Shown here piece by piece: positions 40,030 through 51,763 of a stretch of DNA of 64,000 nucleotides. Location of the stretch: contig OZ024744.1 in the NCBI GenBank assembly GCA_964016885.1, positions 62,992,001-63,056,000 on the forward strand, given 5' to 3'. The notes below the pieces were generated by a model, which saw only the letters and a list, made by a program, of their open reading frames with translations, searched no databases and was not told where the DNA came from. Made by a program: the position numbers and the translations under genes. Origin of the DNA: Eledone cirrhosa. Its lineage: Eukaryota. Positions within the stretch are counted from its first letter, which is position 1; every line of letters begins with the position of its first letter.

Positions 40030-42262
40030 TCACTGGTACATATATATAAGACAAATTGCTGTATACAACATACTTGTGTATAAAACATTTTGGTGTATGA
40101 TGTGGGCCACATATCTCACAATGCTTCATATAAGCTATCTTACCTTGTTATAGTGGTATTCAAAGTATTTTTATTTAACAGAAATTCAACTTGGTATAGA
40201 AAAGTATTGTTCAAAACACAAATGAGCTCAAACAAGTTATTTTACACCCCATTAAACAACACTTACCATATAATTACAAATGTTATAACACACAACTATT
40301 ACCTACAAATACCTATAATTACAAATATTTACACCTACATCTATTGCCTATAATTCAATTCATTTTTTTAAAAAGATTTATGTAGTAACTAGAAGTGATT
40401 GTTTTTTTTAGAAGTTATCAATATTCGTATTAATTAGGCATTAAAATATACTAAAAATATATATACCTATTTAAATATATAGATATACAGATGTAGGTAA
40501 CACGGTAAAAGGTTCCCAGTTCCACACTGTAAATGTGGTTGGCATTAGGAAGGGCATCCAGCCATAGAAAGCCTGCCAGATACTCCTATATGAGTGAGAC
40601 ATGGTCACCCGACCAACCTTGCCTCAAGTGGCACAACTCCCATCTAAGCCATGCTAGCGTGGAAGATGGACGTTAAACGATGATGATGATAACATATATA
40701 GGATTAGCATGTATCCAGGTTTTGTTGGGATTGTCTCAGTTTGACTAGGATTGTTCTGGTTTGAGCCTATCTGGTTTACTAATTTGTCCCAGTCAACACT
40801 GAATTATCCTGGAATGCCCCAGATGTTGAAGAAAAGGGATAAACCAAAAAGGGAGAAATGTGAATGGTTAAAATCTGCATAGAATTTTGACTGAGAAAAT
40901 AATTTTTTTTTGTGAATTTGGTCTATTTGATTGTCTAGATTAAAATTGTGAAACATGTCTCCTTATTCTTCACCCACTTATTCCTGGGAGGGTAGTCAAG
41001 AGGGCAGAGTCCTCAAACACTCCTTCCAGCAGGTCCTGTCAAAAGCAACCATCTCCAATTGATCCAGCTGGGTCCCCAAGCAAGACCAGCTGAACTCATA
41101 CATGTTATCCAACCATCTTGCCCTCTGACTACCCCTGGGATTGGCTCCTGCTGGTTGGTTTTACTCGTCGTCCCATTTGAGGAAAGTTGGGTCAGGTGAC
41201 CGTATCTTGTTCATACAGAACTGTTTCTGGCTAGGTTTCTACGGCTGGATGCCCTTCCTAACACCAACCCCATTTACAATGTACGCCGGGTGCCACCTAC
41301 ACAACAACTTTACAGTATGGTTTGGATATGTTTTGGGCTTAACTTTTCTTTTGGGTTTTTAATTATGACATATTTCTTGTACATAAAGTTCTTTCATTTG
41401 TCCTTCTGAAGTGCAAAACCTCAGGTGAATGCTGCCATTTGATCCCAGTGGACAGAATTGCAAATACCTAGAGGATACCAAGCGAGACACTAAAATAGTC
41501 AATTCAACTTACAGGGGCCATGTTCTTGTGGATAGTTACCTTCATCCCAATTGCAATAAGTAGGGATCCTTTCCACTATAAAAACGCAGTCCACCTTGCA
41601 GGGTTCATTCTAGCAGATTGTCATCTCCATTCTGATTCTTGTCAATGGCTGTTTCCATTCCAAGCACAGTAAATAGTAGTGAGGTGGTGTTTTAAGGGCC
41701 CAGGAAACAAGAAGACAGTCTTCCATGTGGAGACCATATATGCCAGAAATTACAATATACTAGAATCTTTGTAACACATTGATGCATATGTGTATATGTG
41801 CGTGTGTGTGTATGTGCATATGCATACATTTATATGTATGAGTATATAAATATAAAGGCACAAACACAGACGCACTTACAAAAATAAACACTTGCAGACA
41901 TACATTCACATAAATACACATACATTCACACAAACACACAAACACACATACATTTATTCAAACACACACATACATATATACTCACAGACAGTGTAGCAAA
42001 AGTAATGCCAGCCACTGTTTTGATATAGTTTTTTCACCACACCCTTCCTTCTTTTTGCACACACATACATTTCACACAAACACACACACATTGTGTGATG
42101 GATGGGTGGAAGTCGCTGAAATTTATATATATATATATATTAAGATGGCATCAAAATGCAGCTATGGTTGGTTCATAGACTTGTCTTGCCTTGAAATTAA
42201 TATCAGTTTCTAATGTTGGCCACAACGCCACAGATGTGAAGAGGTAAGAACAGCACGAACAG

Positions 42263-42490
42263 TTAACCCTTTAGCATTTAAACCGGCCATATCTGGCCAG
42301 AACTCTCTCACCTATTTCTGTTCAAACCGGCTGTAACTGGCTGTTCATACTTACATTAAGGTATTGTTTTTAAAATAAATAACATTAAAATCTCTTAGAT
42401 TCGCTATTATGTGAGATAATTACTTGAGATAAAGCCTTTACTGTTAAAATATAATAGTATATATAGAGTAATGTAAATGCTAAAGGGTTG
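42263..42490. mobile_element. piggyBac-like MITE
   Basis: TTAA-CCCTTTAGCATTTA...TAAATGCTAAAGGG-TTGA. Confidence 0.8.
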
Positions 42491-42874
42491 AACTGACCTA
42501 AGTATACATGACTGTTTAAAAAATACGAGATACATTGGATAATGTAGTCCTAGATATACTGTCTAAGAAAAATAAGCAACAGATGGTCATGGCTGGAACA
42601 CCTTTAATCATGTGGGCCAGATTGATCAGTGAAGATCTGGTACTAAATATTTATGAACTGGTATTTTTTAGTTTATTGGTGCAAAATAGATAAAAGGCAA
42701 TGAAGAATGTGATGGAATATGACTCAGAATATAAAGGGATGTAACTAAATATAGTAAGGAATTTTGTCCAAGACAAAGAAGGGGTGAGGAAAATGAGGAG
42801 CAAAAGTCATCACTTTAGTCACACCCTAATTTGATTTTCAGGTCAAGTCCTGAAGTTGAGTTTCTGTGTTTGAG

Positions 42875-42964
<90 letters not shown>

Positions 42965-43287
42965 GGAGGTGGAGGAGTGAGAGGAGGAGTCAGATAAAGG
43001 CAGGATAAGGGCAGGAGGAGGGAGTGAGAGATATGGAGAGGTGCGAGGAGAGAGAGAGTTAGGAGGAGGGAGCGAAAGAGAGAGAGAGAGAGAGAGAATG
43101 CTCACACTTTGACAGTTGAACACATTCCATTTCATTTTATACCTTCATAAATAATTCTCCAAGAAAAACTGCATGAATGCCACTTCATCTTTCACTTATA
43201 CACAATCTAAAATATAGACCCTTAACAAGAAGTTAATGTTGGAATTTAAATGCTATAGATTTTACGCACTAACTCACACACACATAA

Positions 43288-43329
<42 letters not shown>

Positions 43330-43940
43330 GCACACATACACACTGACACATTCTCTCATACATAGACACACACTTTAAACAGCAATGCCTCAAATTGCAT
43401 CACCTTAGCCCTGATTATTGGAATGAACTTAAGGTCACATACATATATATGTGCACACGTACACATGTACACATATACAATCTTACACACATACATGTAC
43501 ACATATACTACACACATATATATACACATATATGCACACATATACATATAAACCCATATATATTACATGCATTCACACACTCATATACATGCATATACCC
43601 ACACACATACACCCATATGTAGATATACATACAGACAGGCATACAAATCTGTTAAACTAATTATAATTACAGTGTCTTTAATTACTATGAGTGTTAACTG
43701 CTTGCAAATAATTAATTCTTAGCTGCCTGTTACTTCAAATAAAATATTTTCTATTATAATTCCATTCACATCTAGGATAGTTAGTATAAAATTCACCCCA
43801 GTATTTCATTGCTAATTTATTTTATCGACCTCAGAGGGATAAAAGATAAAGTTAGTTTTAACCTTATAGTATAATTCCATTCACATCTAGAATGTTTTAT
43901 AACAATATTAAATCTACCTCAGTATTTCATTGGTACCTTT

Positions 43941-44325
43941 TTAACCCTTTAGCATTTAAACCAGCCATATTCAGCCAAAATTCTCTCACCTCTTTCTGTT
44001 CAAACCACCCATAACCAACTACTCAGGTATTGTTCTCAAAATAAATAATTGTTTCTACTTTTGGCACAAGGCCAGCAATTATCCCAGTGTATTACTGGTA
44101 CTTTATTTTATCTACCCCGTAAGGATGAAAGGCAAAGTTAATGTTGGAGGGATTTCAACTCAGACCATAAAGGGTCGTAACTCTTTGCTGCAAATCCGCC
44201 ACCCTCAAAATAATTCTCAAAATAAATAATATCGAAATCTTATAGATTCGATATTATGTAAGGTAAAGTCTTTACTGTGAAAATACAATAGTAAATATAG
44301 AGTAATGTAATTGATAAAGGGTTAA
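43941..44325. mobile_element. piggyBac-like MITE carrying a SINE insertion (~44045-44205)
   Basis: TTAA/CCC termini; the SINE is flanked by duplicated CTCAAAATAA. Confidence 0.75.
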
Positions 44326-44399
44326 ATCAACCCCAGAGAGGAGAAAGGTAGTTTCAGTACATCATCAAGCAGGAGTTAGCCCCTCACCAACACCATGGT

Positions 44400-44700
44400 T
44401 TTTATTTCCTTCTCTATCCTCTTTAGCCATGTCTTTCTTGGGATTCCATTTCCTCTACTTTCTTCCACATTCATTTCCATCACACCTGTCTCTCAGTCAC
44501 TTTCATCCTTCCTCAACACATGACTTAACCATTACATTTCATTTCTCTTGAGAACATTCATCACTGGTTCTATCCCATCATCCTATGTAATTCATTGTTT
44601 GTTTTTCTCTCACTGAGTAATACTTTGTTCATCAATTGGACCACTCTCATTTCCATTCTTTCCAGCCATGTCTGTTTCTCCCCCTTCATATCTCACTCCC
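44400..44700 (-). mobile_element. Old RTE LINE C-terminal remnant
   Basis: Minus-strand translation LERMEMRVV..SHVLRKDE..PRKTW. Confidence 0.6.
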
Positions 44701-44726
44701 ATAAATCCATTCACAACCAAGATGTT

Positions 44727-44895
44727 TTAACCCTTTCGCATTTAAAACGGCTACTCATACTGCCATTAAGGTATTGTTCTCAAAATAAATAATATCAAAA
44801 TCTCATAGATTCGATAATATGTGAGATAAATACAATATTAAATATAGTAAATATACAATAGTAAATATAGAGTAATTTAAATGCTAAAGGGTTAA
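44727..44895. mobile_element. Short piggyBac-like MITE
   Basis: TTAA-CCCTTTCGCATTTA...TAAATGCTAAAGGG-TTAA. Confidence 0.8.
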
Positions 44896-46014
44896 AATAA
44901 TATTAAATCTAACCCAGTATTTCACTGGTACTGTATTTTATCAACCCTAGAAGGATGAAAGGTAAAGTTAGTCATAGTCATCATCATCACCAATCAATAA
45001 CGATTTTTCTTCGCTAGCTTGGGTTAGACCAGTTCTCCCGTTAAATCTACTTTATTATAATTCCATTCACAACTAACATTTTTTATAGCAAAATTTTATC
45101 TACCCAGTATTTCCCTGGTATGTGTTTTATCAACCCCAGAATGATGAAAGGTAAAGTTAGTTTTAGTCATCCATTATAATTCCACTAGCTGGCCCCATGC
45201 CATCAAAATTGATGGCTAATTGTAATATCTATACATAATATAAAAAAAGATGTGTTTGTTTGTTGGTTGGTTCCTTCGCGCTCACTCACACAAGTGATAC
45301 AAACATACAAACACACACCTGTGGCAAATCTTAGAACGCTGGACTTCTATAGTTTCTAACCCTCCTCTTTTCTCAGTCAACGTTATCACCCCTTCCTTCC
45401 TCAGTCATCTCTAATGTGTTCACAACTAAGATGTTTTATAGTAATATTAAATCTACCCCAGTATTTCACTGGTACTGTGTTTTATCAACTCCAGAATGAT
45501 GAAAGGTAAAATTAGTCTTAGTCTTCTGTTATAATTCCATTCACAACTAAGATGTTTAATAACGATATTAGATCTACCCCAGTTTTTCACTGGTACTATC
45601 AACCCTAAAAGGATGAAAGGGAAAGTTGACCTCATTGGGATTTGAACTCAGAACTTTAAGAACTGTAACTAAATACTTAGGGTGTTTTGTTTGACAGGCT
45701 AACTGTTTTGCCAATTCACCTATTCAGATTTTTATTTATTTGTTCTTTAGATTCATATTCTTGATAGGAATTTGAAAAGGGTAGAGGGATGAATTTTCAA
45801 AGTCTTCAGTTAAAGAAAGAATGTGCTTGCTGCTTTGGAGAGATCAGGAGAGAGAAAGGGTGAGAAATATAAAGAGAGAAAAATATAGAGAAAAAATGAG
45901 AAATATAGAGAAAGAGAGAAATGTAACTTAAATGTTGGTGAGGGGTGATAGATTGACAGCAAAAATAGTTGTTTTGAGTGGGGAAGCAAGGCTGGCCTGA
46001 TGTGAAATAATTTA

Positions 46015-46070
<56 letters not shown>

Positions 46071-46228
46071 TTGTGGTTGTGGTGGTGCTGCTGAGGGTGG
46101 AGGTGGTGGGAGAGAGGGGAGTTGAAATAAGTGTTGAAATGATGGAGAAGTATGTTTTGAAATTAATGGATGGAAGGAAGGGAATGTTTGAAAGTAGAGA
46201 CCGCTCTCTACTTAAAAAACTGAAGGTA

Positions 46229-46260
<32 letters not shown>

Positions 46261-46949
46261 AAAGAGAGAAAGAAAGAAAAGAAAGAAAGGGAAAGAAAGA
46301 AAAAAAAAGAAAAAGAAAGGAGAAAGAAAGAAAGAAAAGAAAAGAAAAAAGAAAAAAGAAAAAAGAAAAAAGAAAAAAAGAAAAAAGAAAGAAGTGATCT
46401 ATGAAAGAAAAAAGGACGAAAGAAAAGAAGAAAGAAGGAAAGAAAGTAGCACAAAATGGAAAGGAAAAGGAGAGAAAAAAGATAGAAAGGGAGAAAGAAA
46501 ATGAAGGAAAGTTAGAATGAGGGGGGGGGGGCGAAGAAAGATAGAAAGAAGGAATGAAAGAGAGGAATGAAGAAAAGAACATTACTTGGAAGTTTTAAAC
46601 AAAACAAAAATGTATCTAAATTACTGATGTATATATATCTACATGCCTAGATTGGAGAATGAGATTATGGAGGTGTGTGAATATGATGGATGTGTGTATG
46701 TGTGAGGTTGTGTGTGTATGTGTGAGTGTATGAGGTTGTGTATGTGTGTGTGTATGAGGTTATGTGAGTGTGTGTGTATGAAGTATAAGTTTGAATTTGT
46801 ATGTGTATGTGTATAGTTGGGTCTGTGGTATGAATGTTTATGCAAAAGGGTGGAAGAACTTATAAGAGTCAACGGCCATCCAAAAATGTGTAAATATGTA
46901 TATACACATGTACATATGTATGTGTATGTATATGTGTGTGTATATGCCT

Positions 46950-47152
46950 GGGGTGTCAGGGAGGGGCATGTCCCTCTGTTGGGGGGGGGGGGGGGGGGGG
47001 GGGGCTAGCCATGCCCTTTTCAGGACAGCTCGTCCTGCATTGGGTCCCACCTGACACTCAGCTCTCACCTGTGGCCCCAAGAAGCTGTAACATGTGACAG
47101 TGGCCACACCCCGGTAAACCACCTTGGCTGGTGGGCTGAACCAGGTTGAGGG
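46950..47152 (+). ncRNA. Candidate HDV-like ribozyme at the 5' end of the RTE LINE
   Basis: P1 GGGGTGT(46950-56)/ACACCCC(47106-12); P1.1 GG(47113-14) with CC in L3; P3 GGC/GCC; P4 CCACC/GGTGG; J4/2 gCTGAA; P2 ACCTG/CAGGT. J1/2 and L3 are unusually long. Confidence 0.45.
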
Positions 47153-49588
47153 TAGCCGGACGGGTTTGAAACCTCCCCGTGAGTTAGATAGGGGATGCCT
47201 GCCCCTGCATGTGAAGACTGGACCCTGCGGAGTGGAGGAGGACAACATTGTCCCAATGGTCACCAAGGTGGTGACAGCAAGTGGTGTGGAGTGCTAGGGC
47301 ACGGCAAGGCACTACAGACGTCGTGGCCATCCACTGCAGCCAAGGAAGTCCCTGGTCCTGACGGTCCTCCGTACCACCGGAATCTGGCTTCTGCGGCCGA
47401 GTGAGTGGGACCGTCCCTGTGCACTGGCCCTCCCACTATAGACCTTTCCCGCACAGGTTTATAGTGTGCACTCCCAAACCCCTGCGGCGATGGGCGAGAG
47501 GTGGGGGTAACAGGTGGAGTTAACCTCTGGGAGTTGCCAGTCACAAACCCACACGTAGGTGGCCTAGATGCGCAAGTTGTTCTCCTCCTGACCCTGGGAT
47601 GACAGAGGAGATCAGGCGTTCCACCGGGCAACTGAGAGCCCTTTTCAGGGGAGCACTGCTCACCCTCGCACGAGGGGAGGAGTGATAAAAGGAGCCCTAA
47701 CCAAATGCTCGTCCCACACAAAGCCTGCCAGTCTACTGCAGCTGGCAGTTTTACTCTTCCAAGTGGCCGAAACCAACATAATAATAAGAAGAACTTGATT
47801 GTTGGTGCATGGAATGTGTGCACGCTCATCGATAGGGAAACCTCCTTGAGGCCAGAGAGAAGAACTGCCCTCATAGCGAGGGAATTAGCTCGCTACCGGA
47901 TCAACAGTGAGATAAGACATAGTGAGATAAGACTCGCTGAAAAAGGATCAGTAGCAGAACCGAAAGGAGGCTACACCTTCTGGAAGGGCAATGCAAAGGA
48001 CGAGGACAGAATCCACGGGATAGGCCTGGCCATCAAGACTTCACTCTGCAAGCAGCTACCAGACCTCCCAACACCTGTGAATGAGCGGCTGGTGAAGCTC
48101 CGCTTCCCCCTTGACCCATCTCAGCATGTTACAGTCATCAGTGCGATGAAGCAAAGTACGCTTTCTACAGGGAACTCAACACACTCGTGAAGGGCGTCCC
48201 CCCAAGCGACAAACTCATCCTACTGGGGGACTTCAACGCAAGAGTCAGGTCTGACAGCAGCAACTAGAGAGGCGTGCTGGGACCTCATGGCACAGGGAAG
48301 CTGTTGAGTTTCTGCGCCGAGAACGACCTCACCATCACCAACACACTATTCCGCCAGGCAGACAAGTTCAAGACGACATGGATGCACCCCAGATCCAAAC
48401 AGTGGCATCAGATTGACTTTTCCATATGCCGCAGGGGGGACATCCGTGACGTCAGAATCACCAGAGCCATGCGTGGTGCAGAGTGTTGAACCGACCATCA
48501 CCTTGTCAGGACCATCCTGTCACTGCACATCACCCCGTCACATCGCAAGACTCCGAAAGTCTGTAGGCCAGCTTTCAAAGTTGCACGACTCAAGCAGCCA
48601 GAGCATCGTGATGCGTTCGCGGAAGACCTACACGGCCGGCTGACTGCCCATGGACCCCCAACTCAACAGTGGGACCAGTTCAGGTCGCTGGTGACAGAGT
48701 AAGCCAAGGCAACCATCGGGCCGAGGAAGAGAGTCTACCAGGACTGGTTTGATGAAAACTATGAGCTCATCAGACAACTCCTGGATGAGAAGAGGAGGGC
48801 TTTCATTGAGTGGCAGAATGACAGCTCCTCCACCTCGAAGTGCAGACCCAAGCAGCGCTACGCAGAATGCAGGATGAGTAGTGGGAGAAGAAGTCGAGAG
48901 ATACGCTGACACAAAGAACTCCAAGATGTTCTTCAGCGCCATCGGGAACGTCTACGGACCCTCAAGTCTGTCACCACACCACTCCTGTCTGCTGATGGCT
49001 TGATCCTGCTGAAGGAGAAGAGCAGCATCAACTCAGTGAAGAGAGCACTTCAGCAACCTGCTCAACAGGCCCTCCACTGTCAACCCTGCCACCCTCGACC
49101 AGGTCCCACAGAAACCCGTAGTTGGCAGTCTCGACCTCCCCCCCCACGTTGGATGAAGTCACGAAGCCAATCAACCAGATCAGCTCAGGAAAGGCCCCGG
49201 GAAGGACGGGATTCCTGCCGAGATCTTCAAGTCAGCCGGTCCAGCTGCCCTGGGGGCCTTCCACACCCTCCTCGTCAGCATATGGGAGGAAGAAGAGGTG
49301 CCCAAAGACTTCAGGGATGCCACAGTTGTCTCACTTTTTAAGAACAAAGACAGCAACACTGACTGTGGCAACTATCGGGGCATTTCTCTCCTGTCCATCG
49401 CTGGGAAGGTCCTGTCTCGGGTTATGCTCAACTGCCTCATCGCGGAGGACAACCTGCCTGAGGCCCAGTGTGCGTTCCGCCCAAACTGCAGCACGATCGA
49501 CATGATCTTCTCTGTACGCCAGGTGCAGGAGAAGTGTGTCGAGCAGAACATGGACCTCTTTGCCGTCTTCATAGACTTGACAAAGGCC

Positions 49589-50113
49589 TTTGATACTGTC
49601 AACAGGGAGGGCCTTTGACACTGTCAACAGGGAGGCCCTTTGACACTGTCAACAGGGAGGGCCTTTGACACTGTCAACAGGGAGGCCCTTTGACACTGTC
49701 AACAGGGAGGCCCTTTGACACTGTCAACAGGGAGGGCCTTTGACACTGTCAACAGGGAGGCCCTTTGACACTGTCAACAGGGAGGCCCTTTGACACTGTC
49801 AACAGGGAGGCCCTTTGACACTGTCAACAGGGAGGCCCTTTGACACTGTCAACAGGGAGGCCCTTTGACACTGTCAACAGGGAGGCCCTTTGACACTGTC
49901 AACAGGGAGGCCCTTTGACACTGTCAACAGGGAGGGCCTTTGACACTGTCAACAGGGAGGCCCTTTGACACTGTCAACAGGGAGGGCCTTTGACACTGTC
50001 AACAGGGAGGCCCTTTGACACTGTCAACAGGGAGGCCCTTTGACACTGTCAACAGGGAGGCCCTTTGACACTGTCAACAGGGAGGCCCTTTGACACTGTC
50101 AACAGGGAGGCCC
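49589..50113 (+). repeat. 21 x 25-bp tandem repeat inside the RT
   Basis: Unit TTTGACACTGTCAACAGGGAGG(C/G)CC; 525 bp in total. Confidence 0.97.
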
Positions 50114-51035
50114 TCTGGTCGATCCTGTCGAAGTTTGGATGCCCGACAAAGTTTGTGAACTTGATACGGCAATTCCATGACGACATGACCGGGCAGATGC
50201 GCTCGGGCGGAGAGGTATCGGAGCCGTTCAGAATCACCAACGGCGTCAAGCAAGGATGCGTGCTGGCTCCCGTCCTCTTCAACCTGTTCTTCACCTGCAT
50301 GCTCAATCATGCCATCAGGGACCTCGAGCACTGACTGTATCTGCGACACAGACTGGACGGCTCCTTGTTTGACTTGCGGCGCCTGACGGCCAAGACAAGG
50401 ACCGTGCAGAGGATTGTCCTGGAGGCACTTTCTGCTGACAACTGTGCCCTCATGGCCCACAGGGAGTCTGACCTCCAACTCATCGTCAACAAGTTCGTGG
50501 AGGCCTCCTCCCTCTTCGGTCTCACAATTAGCCTTGACAAGACTGAGGTCCTGTTCCAGCCTGCACCTGCCTCCGTCGCCCACCCTCCTTCCATCTCCAT
50601 CGGAGTATGTGTTTTGGGGTATGTGTGTGTAAATATATATTAATATATGTATATAAAAGACCTCCTTCGATCACTAATGACCATGGGATTTGCAGCTAGA
50701 AAGTTCCCCTCTGAGGCACAAGTCCAGGCAAGATTGTCTGTAAAAGACCACCAGTCACCCATACTGACCAGTCTCCGCTCTCCACGCCACCGCAATGACT
50801 GATGCAGCTTGTTACCAGTGACATCGCAATTCATTTCTACAGCTGAATAAAAAGGAGCAATGTGAAATATAGTGTCTTGCTCAAATGTATATAATATATA
50901 TATATATATACATATTGCATATATGTATACATATATATATACAAACACACGCACATGCGCACACACACACATATATATTATATATATATATATATATATT
51001 GTACCGATTATGTTGTTATTTCTGTTTATCTTTTA

Positions 51036-51089
<54 letters not shown>

Positions 51090-51131
51090 CATAAATATAT
51101 ATATATATATACATAAATATATATATATATA

Positions 51132-51762
51132 CTAGCAGTGGTACCCGGCGTTGCACGGGATAAGGTATTTTGGAACGTGAGCCACCAACAGACTTAATTG
51201 TGGAAAAACTGCATGCCTGGACAATATGTAAAGAAAATAAACCGAATACTCTGATGGCTGGATAATCTTTAAGATTTTCCTCGATGAAGCAGGAAAAATG
51301 CAAGTTTTCACCTAATGCGGGCTCTATGGGATCAAGAAAATTAACTTTTTTTATGTGCATAATATGCCTTGAAATTTGGGGATAATCGGCTAGACATAAC
51401 GCCTCAAAAAAGCCCTAAAAAGCTGAAAAAAGGAAGTTTTTCACCTAATGCCATAAAAAGTTGGATTTTCTTTGCTCACGGTATGAAGAAGAAACTGACT
51501 AATACATAGTTACAATTTCAAGGAAATCGGTCTGACGTAACGCCTAAAAAAAACCCCCATAAAAGCTGAAAAAACGCAGTTTTTCACCTAATGCGGGTCT
51601 TAGGGGATCAAAAAGTTGAATTTTTTTATGTGCATAACACTTCCTGAAACATAAGTAATACACATGTAAAGTTGGAAAAAAATCGGTTGGGTACTTCTCG
51701 ACTTTTAGGGATTCAAAATCACAGTCACACACACAGACAGACATCCTCAGTTTTATATATAT
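51132..51762 (-). mobile_element. Non-autonomous Helitron, in tandem with the autonomous one
   Basis: CTAG 51132-35 with CCCGGCGTTGCACGGG hairpin; minus-strand 5' end TATATAAAACTGAGGATGTC. Confidence 0.85.
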
Positions 51763-51763
51763 A

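Larger units (their letters stand above)
46950..50603 (+). mobile_element. RTE/BovB-like LINE, 3'-truncated (5' UTR, APE endonuclease, partial RT)
   Basis: GAWNV, LGDFNAR, TTWMHPRSKQWHQID, NYRGISLL, FIDLTKAFD, GVKQGCVLAP, LSADN; GC-rich, with many frameshifts. Confidence 0.95.

Noticed and set aside
41400-41755. Possible host exon
   Set aside because: Stops interrupt the frames I translated; the minus strand weakly resembles a decayed LINE endonuclease (ISGIYG.., S*IDYF).
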